Below are positions 24,001-35,027 of a stretch of 64,000 nucleotides of DNA, piece after piece. The notes beneath the pieces were generated by a model that had not been told where the DNA came from, made no database searches, and worked only from the letters and a program-made list of their open reading frames with translations. This stretch comes from Zygnema circumcarinatum SAG 698-1b (lineage: Eukaryota > Plantae > Zygnematophyceae), in NCBI GenBank assembly GCA_037447605.1, contig CM074817.1:1798001-1862000 (forward strand). Reading direction: 5' to 3'. Position 1 is the stretch's first letter; each line of letters opens with the position of its first letter. Made by a program: the position numbers and the translations under genes.

Positions 24001-26648
24001 AAGGCATCAAATGCACATTGCACTAAGGCATCACTGCCCATGGCATTCAAGATGATGACATGCCATTCTTTCATCAAGACAGCATTCGGAAATGCTGTTG
24101 GAGCCACAAGCATAGCAGGTGGCAATGAATAATCAGCAGGGAATGCATCGCACACAAACAACAGATTCCCGCTGAAAACTCCCCCAATCACTTTAAGAAT
24201 GTCATCCGCCCTTGGAATACAACATTCTACACTAGTGATGGCAGCTAATGCGCTGCCCCCCCTACTGTCAAGCCCACCAGCAGAGACCCCTAAGCTGCCG
24301 GTGGGGAGCCGTTTTCCGCCGGCCCTTTCCCCTTCCTATCCTTCTTGAAAGATGGGCAGTCATAAGACCTATGCCCCACTCTCCTGCAACGGAAACACTT
24401 GTTTTCCGCGCGCAAAGCCTCCATCTCCTGTGGAGCAAGTTTTTGCGGCTGGGGCCGCTGGTGCTGCTGATGAGAGGAAGGAAATTTCCTCTTGCCATTT
24501 CCCTTAGGTCGGCCGCCCTACGCACTGGGCTTTGGCGCTGTCGTCAATCGCGAACCGCGACGCCAGCGACGCGAAGGCCCCACCATCTCAGAGACCTGTA
24601 CTGCCGCTTGGAACCGCTAAAATGCAAAACATCTCCGCCACATCCATAGGTCCCTAAGGTTCCAAGGTACGAGGATTCAGCCGAAGCTGTTTCCGAACGT
24701 ACGGCTTCAATCCATGGCTGAACCGGAAGAAGAATTCTTCGGGTCTAGGTGGGAACTTGGTAATTGAAGCCCAAGCCGCACGCAATTCCCGACGGAATTC
24801 AGCCACGCTTCCAGTCTGCATGAGCGACTGGAACCTGTCCCGTGCAACAGCACTGGGGTCCAGGATGCCAAAGTGTTTGAGAAGTTCCGACTCGAACTTC
24901 TCAAAGTCTTTGCCGATTAACGCCTTGCGGCCGGCATAGACGCTCCATGCCACGCCCCTCAAAGCGGGTACAGCAAAGTTCCCCCATTGATCGGGAGGGC
25001 ATTGGTAAAGACACAGTAATACCCACGACCCCCGTACCAATGATCAATTGGGTACGCAGATGCTTCATCCCCCCATAAGGAGAGATCGGAGGACCTTCTT
25101 CGATTTCTGGGAGGGTCTCTTGTGCCGGGCGACCCCCAATGGGGCCGGTCCGCCCAACAAAGACCAAAATGTAAGGTGGATTGTCGTCAAGGCCCGGCCA
25201 CCTCTTCAAAAGGAATCCACGCACGCTTCCCCGCCGGTGCTGGGGAGGGCCACGCGCCATGAGCCCCACTGCGGGTCGGGAGCGCCACAAGGACCCATCA
25301 CGCTGCAGGCAGCCACTGCTGTAGGGTCCTTGCAGACACCTACCGGGCGCCGGGTAGCCTCTATTTCCCCTAGAGCCAGCTTCCTACTCAGACGCGAAAT
25401 GCTGTGAGAGGTCAGGCTTACCAAAGGGCCGAGGGGAGGGTCCCCGCGTTCTCACGGGCCCTCAAGCCAAAGATCTCGCCAGGAGGCGCCACGTTCCCCA
25501 TTGAACGCCGCCTCGCCGGCTATATCCGGAAGCCAGCCTTCCAAGGAAAAGCGCTTTATTCGCTGGGCCGTTCGCTACGGCTGAGACTTCATCCCCATCC
25601 ACGTGGGATGGGCACCCCATACCACGGGTGTCGCGCCCCCGCCGAAAGGGCAGCCCCTCCCATCTTCCTCACGGGCGCCAGTGAGGCCGCCGCTTCCTCG
25701 CTGCCGCGACCGGGCGCCGCTTCTCCGGGCAGCCGCTGGTTGCCGAAGTCTCTACCGTGGAAGTTGTAAGCATATTATGAAGGGGCAGCCGGAGGTGGGG
25801 CCGGTGCCTGTGGCCCGCAATCCATGGGGCCGCGCCAAATCGCGGCCCTCGTTCGCGCTTCATGTCCACGCCCTCCCTCCGGGACCGAGAAGGGGAGGTG
25901 AGGCCATGCCACCGCCGCCGCCGGGCATGACCGAAGCCAAGGTAAGCGGTCCCTCCCAAAGAAATTCCCCGTAGGCTCTAAACTCGGCTCTGATACCAAT
26001 GTAACAACCTGCCCCCTGGCAGGCTGCTCTGAGAGTCTAAGTGTCAAGAGAGGAAGAGAGAGAGAGAGAGGAGCGTGAGCTCAATGCTGGTGTTAAAGAG
26101 CTCGATGGCTTCCCATCTCTAGCCCCTTAAGCTCCCCTTCAACTCCCCTACCAAAGATGGGAGGACCTGAGCTGGATCGCCTAACGTGAGCCCGCTGCGG
26201 CGAGATCCCAGCCGAAGTTATACCGGTGACAAGCCCGCGTCCTCGCCGCGATCCTCACTCGGCGCGCCGAGACGCCGCGCGCCGCCGCGTACCGGCAAGA
26301 CGCTAAAACCGGCCGTGAAACGTATTCACGCCCGTCCGCATAAAGCATCGACGCGCATTTGTCAAAAGATGCCGCCAAGATTTCGCGTCGCGCGCCGCTG
26401 AGCGCGCCGCCGACACGTGCAAGGCGGCGCCGCCAAATTGGTCGCGGATCCGTGATACGGTGCGTCTGCGACACCCGTAATTTTATCGACCGCGATTTGG
26501 ATCCAAAAGAGATCCTGCGACGCCATTAAAGGATCGGTGCCTCAAGACCTCCGGGTTCGCGCCGCCTCTAACCTATCTCATGGCGCCGAGATGAAGGGAT
26601 ACATAGTAAATACTATGAGTACGCCTGTGGTCACGCCAGAAGGCTACG
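21034..26648 (-). mobile_element. Ty3/Gypsy LTR retrotransposon A (gag-extra domain-PR-RT-RH-INT), frameshifted; 3' end lost in a gap
   Basis: 5' LTR 26000-~26648; tRNA-iMet PBS TGGTATCAGAGC at 25987-25998. Gag LMQTGSVAEF; [17 protein letters not shown]; RH YESRKMNPAERNYSATEQELLAVVHAL; INT C-terminus FIGPF..AYRLDLP..HPVFHV. Confidence 0.92.
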
Positions 26649-29600
26649 CCATGTGCCGCTTACTTAGTGGGTTCGCACTGTGCCTTTCCCGCCGAGTAAA
26701 ACCCACCGCATAGCCAAACTGAGGAACTTCCAGACCAAATAAGTTCACGCCTGCATGTGGTCTCACAGTGGCTGAGAGGAACGCCACGGCGTGGTCAAGG
26801 ACTGGCTGCGGATCGCTGGGCCTCTCTAAATAGCACCGCCATGTCTCAGAGTGGACCACTCAAGTAGCCTCGCTCTGCTGGGTGTAATTGGGCCAAGGGC
26901 CAGCTGATCTATTTTTTGGCGACTTTCTATACGCCAAAGGTTGGCTATCCTGAAATGGGCAAGACTCAAGCACTCCAAGGCTAATCCCAAGCATCACAAA
27001 CCACTTCCATAAGGCTTGATGGCCATCCTCGCTAAACGAGAGTGGGTGCGATAACAAGTGCATGGCGCATACCTTCAATGCATCCCCGCATTCAGGTCCA
27101 TGTAAAGGGACACCGAACGCAAGTCAAATTAGCCGGCGTAACCAGCTTACTAAACTCCTTGGATGAACTTACTAAAATAATTCGTGAAAGCCCGTGAAAA
27201 GACCTCAACTCGGGATGCAAGTCAATGGTGGCTTCAAGTTTCTACCGCCGAAACCTTGGCAGGGTCTGGCCGAAGGCCCTGATCATTCAAGATATGCCCA
27301 AGATAAAGCAACTCACGTTGCATGAAGTGACACTTCTTCCTCTTGGCATAAAATTGGTGTTTCCTCAGGGTCTCAAACACTTTCCGAACGTGTTCAAGAT
27401 GGTCCTCCTCCGTCTTACTGAAGACAAGGATATCGTCGAGGTAAACCAAAACAAATTCGTCCATGCCGATGAACAACTCGTTCATGACAGCCTGGAAAGT
27501 TGCCGGAGCATTAGTCAATCCAAAGGGCAACACCTTATATTGGAAATGACCAATCGGTGTCCGGAACGCAGTTTTTGGCACATCAGCTTCCGTAACACGG
27601 ATCTGATGGTACCCCTGAGCAAGATCAAGTGATGTGAACACTTTGGCGCCGTGAAGACGATCCAACAGATCGTCGATACGTGGTAAAGCAAATCGATTCT
27701 TTACAGTGATCTTGTTGAGTGCGCGATAATCAATGCACATCCTCAACGAACCATCTTTCTTCCCAACGAACAAGATGGGCGCCCCAAAGGGGCTCTGACT
27801 GGGTTCTATCCAGCCCTTGTCACGTAAAGTTGCCAACTGCTTTCGTGATCTCCTCGCTTCTTCGGATCAACCGATAGATCTGGCCGCCAAGGCTGCTTTT
27901 TGCTCGTGCTCAAGAGGGATTTCGAAACAACCCTCTCGATGGGGCAACCTCTTGAAGGTCGTCGTGAAGACATCCTCAACTCATCCAACAGAGGTTGGAT
28001 CTGAGACGGAACAGCCGGGAGCACATCCGTAGATGTGATCTGCCATTCTTGATCTTCGTCATGAACATCCTCAGTGGCTGCCATGACATGCACCATGAAC
28101 AAGGTGCAACCCTCCTTAACTGCCTTGGCCAATTGCATAGCCGAGCAGAGATAAGGAGTATCAACCTGCGCGAACGCAGTGGATGTGGTTTTGCCAGGGT
28201 GTAGTGTGATGCGCCTATCCCCACTGTGCAGAATACAGTGTGGGATGGAAAAGTCCAATTGGCCTTTTGGACCCTTGCTAACCAAGACCTCTCAAAAATA
28301 ACATCCGCCCGTGAGGCCGGGCTGTGTCAGTAAAGCACTAACGCTCGAGTAGGATTGAGCTTTGATCTTTGGGACGCTACTCGTGATCTGGCCTTGCGTC
28401 TATCCCCGAAAGTAACACTTTCTGAATGGGGATCTGTGGTCAACCCAAATCTCTGGGTGAACGCAGAACTAACAAAGTTAGCATCTGCCCCAGTATCTAG
28501 CAGTAGAACTGCTGGGTGGCCATTGGCTGACCCGATGAAGGTCATGGCACGATGGGCAAGATGGAACATAGATCGCACTATATGCGAGGGTTGAGGACGA
28601 GCCGTCCTCCACACCAAGGTGTAGGGGGATCCAACCAGTGAACTGGTGGATCCTTCCATCGTTTGCACTAACTTGTGCCCTTTTCTCAGCTGTTTCACCA
28701 ACCGCCAGTTGGCGTTGGGAAAAGTGCGAACTGCCAAGTGCTGAGGAACCAGCACATGCAGCCCAAGGATGTGGGAAGTATCCCGCAAGACAAGCAAGGC
28801 ATCCATGGCACATCTCATCAAGACATCATCCCCCATAACATTGAGAATTGAAACATGCCACTGGCCACGCATCAATACATCCATAAACCTAGAGGGAGTC
28901 ACCACGGTGGCAGGGGAAAAGGACATGGAATCAGGAAGCGCATGACACACAACGAGATCGTGCACCCCCAAAGGTCTGCCCAGCAAGTTAAGCATGTCCG
29001 TGGACCTAAGCCACAAAAGTTTCTTAACATTGACGGCAACTGTCTTCCCATCCCCTAACCTGCTTACTCCACCAGCAGCGACTCCTAAACTGCTGGTGGG
29101 TTGGGGTTTTCCGGCCCCTTGCCCTTCTTGTCCTTGGAGTTGAGAGGGCAATCCCGGGCCTTGTGCCCCTCCTTGCGGCAGCGGAAACACTTGTTCTCCC
29201 GCTGCATCTTCTCCATTTCCTCTGGAGTCAACTTCTGCGGCCGTGCAGTGGGTGGGCGGGCAGCCACTTCCGGCTGCTTCCGCTTATTCTTTCCTGCCAG
29301 TTTGGCAGGAGCTGAGGGTCCCGCCTTCCACGCACTTTACCACGCCGGCCCGACCTCTCGCCAAGTCGGGAAGGGCCTCGTGACCGGGCAGGGCGTGTCC
29401 AATCAATGGCCGTGATCAAAGTACAAATTGAAGTCACGTCCCACGGTTTCTTCGCAGAGTCCGTGGGTTGTTCTTAGTCAGCTCGTGTGGCTTCAAGCCA
29501 TTCCCGGCGGGAAGAAGAACTCAGCAAATCGTCTGTGCTTGTGAGTGGTGATCTGAGGCACCACTTGTCGCAGGTCTCGCAGAAACTGCTTGACGCTGCC

Positions 29601-31154
29601 GGTTTGGACCATGTTCTGAAACTTATCCCGGGCCTCCAAGCCGGGATCCAAGGTCCCAAAATGTTTGATAAGTTCATCTCTGAACTTATCCCAATCGTCC
29701 CCAATCTCGTCAGAGAGGCCCTCATACACACGGTATGCGGCTCCTCTGAGTGCTGGGTAAGCAAAGCTTACCCACTGGAGGGGGGGACAGTTTGTCGCAA
29801 GAAGGTAACCCTTCGTTTGACTCCAACCACCGCCAATCGAGCGGGGCCCGCAGGTGGATGTTCCTACCCTAAAAGGAAAGAGGGGGGCCACCTTGGCCCG
29901 ACTCCGCTGGCATCCCTAGGGTTGGCGGGGAGCACAGTCCGACCGGATCTCTCCGCCAGCACCGCCTCGACGGGTCCCCATCACAGGGTTCGCCACCCCA
30001 TGGGGTGACTCGCTGGAATCAACATGGGGTCCACCCCGCCGGCCGCTTCCGGCAAATGGGTTAGACGCCGGTAGCTAATGATGCTATCAGCGTGGTGTGC
30101 CTAACCCCTTCCCCTGTGACCTCGGCCGCATTCACGCCTCTACAAACAGGAGGGGCCTCCCGAGGCATTCTCGCATCCTCCTGGCTCGGGTCCGGAAGGC
30201 CCCTAACTCACATTTGGGAGCGTGTCTCACCAAGCGGGCGGATCAGGAGCTCCATGTCGCCCACCTGCCTCGCATGTGCCATGGTGGCTACGCTGGCCAC
30301 GCTTTACATCCGGCCCTTCGCCGACCTTCTTCATCTTCGCGGGAAGCGCCCACTGCGGATGTGGGCCCCGCATCATGGGATCTATGATTCTACCGGAGCC
30401 GGGCCCGTGACGCTGGGAGAGGGGCAAGAAATAAATCGGATGACCTGGTCATCCAGGCTCGACTGGGCCCTCCATGGGATGCAGGTCATAGCCTCGATGT
30501 CTCTCCATCACCTCGCCCCAGGATCGTGTGGTGGGAGGTGGCGGCTCCCCGGTGGGCCCCGGGTCCCTCCTCCGCCCTAAGGAGTGGTCACTATGACCAA
30601 CACAGGTTCCTTCCCAAAAAGAAACGAAAAACCCGCCTGATACCAAATGTCATGACCGAAATCTATGAAGCCCCTTCACCAGGCGCTGAATTACACTTCT
30701 CGAAGTTCAAAGAAAGAGAGGGAGAGAGAGAGAGATGCTTCCGTGAGTGGGGAGCAGCCCGATCTGGGCGTGCAAATCAGATGCTTCAGATGTTGGTTGC
30801 GACAACAAATACCCACGCTCTATACGCCTCGCTGAACCTCCTCCTAATACCAAAGATGGAGGATTGGAAGGTGGTCGCCCAATGGCAAATCACACGGTCC
30901 CTCTCTCGACTGCAGATGGGTCGAGGTGTACAACGTGACGCATCGCTCGCCAGATTCTCCGCTGGGCGGCTGCCAAGGACGCGGCGCACCGCCAGACGTT
31001 GCACACGGTTGATCCTACGCTACAGGCGCTGGGTTCATCGACGCCCGTCTGCATTCATCGTAACCGCACCCACGGACGGACGGGCGCATTCCAAAGGGGA
31101 TCCGCCGCGGGTCCGGATCAGTAACCCTTCCTTGGGGTGATCAGAAGCGCTACA
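26649..31154 (-). mobile_element. Ty3/Gypsy LTR retrotransposon B (5' LTR-gag-extra domain-PR-RT-RH), interrupted by element A just after RNase H
   Basis: LTR 30648-31154 with PBS remnant ..CTGATACCA at ~30637-30645. CCHC zinc knuckle KCFRCRKEGHKARDCP; protease LLLDTGA; RT YLDD; RH TWRCYLE..ADPLS. Confidence 0.9.
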
Positions 31155-31795
31155 TTCTCTCTCCTTTATACTCTCTCCCCCAGCTTCTCGCCCTTGTTTC
31201 CTCTCGCTTCTCTCCTTTTGCCTTTCCTCTAGTCTTTCTCTCCTCTACTCTCCTTTGCTCATTATCTCTCTCCTTGCTCTCTCCCGCTCTCTCCTAGTTT
31301 CTCTCCCCTTACCTTTCTACTCTAGTCTTCACCGCTTCTCAATTCTCTCAGCCATTCTCTCTCCTTGCTCTCTCTCCCTCGTGTTTTCTACTTCTAGTCT
31401 CTCTCTCTCTCCTTTGCTCTCCCCTCTGCTCATTCTCTCTCTCCTTTGCTCTCTCCTCGTGTTCTCTACTTGGGGCTCCTTTCTCCTTTTGCTCTCACTC
31501 CTCCGCCATTCTCTTCTTCCTTTGCTCTCTCCTCAGGTTTCTACTCTAGTCTCACCGCTTTCATTCCTCTCTCCTTTGCTCTCTCCCCGTGCTCTCTACT
31601 CTAGTCTCTCTCTCTTGCTCTCACTCCTCCTTCATTCTCTCTCTCCTTGCTCTCTCCGTGTTTTCCTCTACTCTAGTCTTTCTCTCCTTTGCTCTCACCT
31701 CCGCCATTCTCTCCTTGCTCTCTCTCCCTGTGTTTCTACTCTAGTCTCTCTCCTTTGCCTTCACTCCTCACCTCTTCTCCTTGCTCTCTCTAACG
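31155..31795 (+). repeat. CT-rich degenerate minisatellite
   Basis: Repeated ctctctcctttgctctc / tctactctagtct / ctcactcctc.gc.cattctc modules. Confidence 0.85.
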
Positions 31796-32020
31796 CTATA
31801 CCATGTGTGAAAGGAGAAAACGGGGGAGGGAATATCCAAAATGGGGGGGGGCGGATATTTCAAAACAGGGGGCAGAGTAGCCGAAATGGGAGGGTCGGAT
31901 TTCAAAAAAACAGTGGCGGGATAACCAAAAAAGGGGGGCGGTATATAGTTCTCCTTTTTTTTTTGCTAAAAATAGTTAACATATTGTTTTTCAAAGCATA
32001 AAAAAGTAACAACAACAATA

Positions 32021-32177
32021 GGGGGTGTCAGACTTAACAAAATCTTACGAAAAGCGTTACGAAAAAAAAGGTTACGAAAGTACTCCGCCGCAGCAGGATC
32101 GCGATTATACTGGAGTACTCGTTCTGATGTCAAACTTACGAACACGCGTACTGAAATTTTTTAAGTCTGACACCCCC
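32021..32177. mobile_element. 157-bp MITE with perfect 17-bp TIRs and TA flanks
   Basis: TA|GGGGGTGTCAGACTTAA ... TTAAGTCTGACACCCCC|TA. Confidence 0.85.
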
Positions 32178-32207
32178 TAATAACAAAGTAACAATGTTGT
32201 TTGAACG

Positions 32208-33324
32208 CAAACTTTCATTGAACTCGCGATGGCGAGGCCATCAAATTTACATGGATAAAGGCAAAATGTGGAACCACGAAGGACTGGTCACAAAGGACCA
32301 AACACAAAACGAAGCTAGAGCGGAAAACTACGCCAGGCACAACAACGCAGCTCCCCAGAAGCAGCCGCTGGCTGTCACCGAAGGAGGCACGCCAAGGAGG
32401 AGGGAGCGCGAAGTCCACTTCAACACGGGTCACCAACAACCGCAAAGACGCCGGCAGCGTGAAGCTTGGTAAGTAAACGCCGGCATGCACGGAAATACGC
32501 TTGTCGAAGGCAAAAGGTAGCCAAGACGCCGAGAGGGCTTCCGGGCCGCATCCGAAAAGAGCCGGCGGGCGACCGCGTAAGGAAGGTATCCAAACCGCGT
32601 CGAGGCAGCCAAAAATCTCAATAGCCATAGGAACAAACTCGCCGGCTGCATCACACGGGTGAGCATATGCACGCCCTTGCGAAAGGTCGTGACGCGAAAG
32701 CAAAACACACGCCTTCATGATGTGCCGCGACGCGGACAATAAATCGCGACGGGTTGGATCGGCCAACACAATATCCCCAAAAATACTGGCACCATCCATA
32801 AGAGCCAAATCGCTTAACTCCGCCACAATTTTAATAGTCGGGCTGTGGGGGACACCAGGTGCTCGCCCCGCTGCACAAGGTAGTTAGCTTTGAGCCACCG
32901 CACAATTGCATCACAAGCATTAAACATTATGAGCCACCGCGTTTCGCCTCGCGGTGCACATCAAGTAGATGAACGCTTCCGCGCATCAATCAATCACCAC
33001 AAACACAACGAGAATCCCCGTAATGGCGGATGGGGAGCCCGAGATCGTCGCCACAAGTAAGTCAAACCGCCTGGGTCAAACGAAGGGTGGAAAATATCGT
33101 AATGTACCAACCAAGCTCCCGTACCCCCTGACCCGCACAAGAGCGGCCGGCACGCCGCTAAACATCGTAAGGAAGAGCCGCAATAAGGGTAGAGAAATCC
33201 CAAGAAAGAACAACCTCACTGGCCAAAGTGAGTCGACATCGCGGAATGTACTCGACGCAAGAAGCTTAAACAAACGGGGCGACGAAAGCCCTCGAAAGCA
33301 CCAGTGTGAAGCAAACCATGGGCG
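32208..33324 (-). mobile_element. 3' part of CRE-like non-LTR retrotransposon (duplicate of ~40565-41704)
   Basis: DLALMDG..IFGDIVLADPTR and FVPMAIEIFG endonuclease-region motifs; colinear with 40565-41704. Confidence 0.75.
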
Positions 33325-33423
33325 NNNNNNNNNNNNNNNNNNNNNNNNNNNNNNNNNNNNNNNNNNNNNNNNNNNNNNNNNNNNNNNNNNNNNNNNNNNN
33401 NNNNNNNNNNNNNNNNNNNNNNN
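33325..33423. other. Assembly gap (99 N) separating two copies of an ~8.4 kb sequence
   Basis: N run. The left flank corresponds to ~41704 and the right flank to ~25046. Confidence 0.95.
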
Positions 33424-35027
33424 NTTGGGCAGTGTCGCGGCCCGATCCCCATAAGGAGATGGGAGGGACCTTCGCCTGCTCGGGGAGGGTCTGCAGCGGA
33501 CCCCCAATGGGAATTAAGCCCGTCCATCTTTAACACCAGCGAAGGTGGATTCTTTGGCGGTCCGCCACCACCTCCTTCAAAAGGCGGCGCGGCTGCTCCC
33601 GTAGAAGAAATATACTTGGCGCGGTGAGCCGACCCCTACGTGTTTGGGGCGCCCAGCCGGACCACGCCCGTACCCGAGAGAGCAGCGGACGGCGAAGGGT
33701 CCTTGCACACACCTACAGGCGGCTACTTGACTCCTCTATTCCCCCTAGGGTACGCCTCTCCTCTTGTATCGACAAATGCCTACAGGGGGAGGGGTTCAAT
33801 GAACTTACAGTGTAGGCTGGAGGGTCCTGCAGCGGTTACGCCGTACACAACTCAAAGATCACCATGAGGCTCCGTTCCTGGCGGAGCAGCGTCTGTGGCC
33901 GCCATCCGGGCGACGCCTCCTCCGGCCGAGGCGGCTTATCATGGCCTCGCTTGTGAGAACTTCATCCCCCATCCCACACGGGGATGGGCACCCCAGCTAC
34001 TCACGGTGTTGGCGGGTGCCCTGCCAGCGAGGGGCAGCCCCTCCCCGTCTGTCCGAGCCTCAGTGAGCCTTTGGCTCCCCTACTTGTTGCGGTAGCTTAT
34101 TTGCTCCTCTGGCGGCCCGGCTGGTCGCTGAAGTTCCGGCCAAGTGAAGAAGGGGCAAAGCGGTCGAGCCGAAGCCGGTGTCCATGGGGTCGCCGAAGTC
34201 GCGCCCCTGGTTCGCGCCCATGTCCACGTCCTCCTCCGAATCTGGAGAAGGGGGAGGTGAGTGGCGCGACGCCATCTGCTTCGGCCGCGCTTTCGGCATG
34301 ACTGCGCTGCGCGTGCTGGTCCCCTCCCAAAAGAAATTCCCGAGTCTCTAAACTCGGCTCTGATACCAATGTAACAACCTGCCCCCTGGCAGGCTGCTCT
34401 GAGAGTCTAAGTGTCAAGAGAGGAAGAGAGAGAGAGAGAGGAGCGTGAGCTCAATGCTGGTACAAAGAGCTCGGATGGTCTCCCCATCGGTAGCTGACCT
34501 CGCTCCCCGCCCCGAGACCCTACCGGCGCATGGAGGGCCGGAGGCCGGGACTGCCCAATGAAACCCGCCCGGCGTGGTGAGATCATAACCCGAGGATTGC
34601 TCGGGCGAGGACAAGCAGTGGTCGCCCTCGGGGCCGCGTCGGGGAGCGCGGCGCGCGTAAATCGCGGCGGCGCCGCGGCTAGAATGCGGCGAGTGGGGCT
34701 TGTCGGCCGTCGATGCGATGCGGGGCGGGTATTGTCGAATGCACGCCGCATCTTCAGCGAGGTCGCGCCCGCCCGGCGTATCGCCCGGCGATCGCGGCGG
34801 CGCAGCGGCTAAATCTCAATTCGCGGGATCCGTATGTCCGATTGCGTCCATTGCACATGCGGACGACGATCACGATCAAAAGAGATCCTTTACCGCCACA
34901 GGATGAGCCCAAGACCTCCTGCGGTCTTGGCAGCGTCCTAACCTATCCGCTAGGCGCTGAGATGAAGGGATAGTCATAGTAACACTATGAGTACGCCTCC
35001 AGGGTCACGCTGTAGCGTTACGCTACA
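33424..35027 (-). mobile_element. Ty3/Gypsy A, second copy (gag 5' region, PBS, 5' LTR)
   Basis: PBS 34357-34368; LTR 34370-35027 (TGTAAC...GCTACA on the + strand); offset 8370 bp from copy 1. Confidence 0.85.

Larger units (their letters stand above)
20728..31954. mobile_element. Mutator-like (MULE-type) non-autonomous element with ~95-bp matching TIRs, enclosing the Ty3 nest
   Basis: Left end GGAGAACTATATACCGCCCCCCTTTTTTGGTTATCCCGCCACTG (20728) is the reverse complement of the right end ending at 31954. Both ends are flanked by >=8 T, consistent with an 8-9 bp TSD. Superfamily is inferred from long TIRs and TSD length. Confidence 0.65.

Noticed and set aside
31255-32001. 248-aa Leu/Ser-rich ORF, and similar ORFs at 39518-40239
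   Set aside because: These are translations of the CT minisatellite, not membrane proteins.
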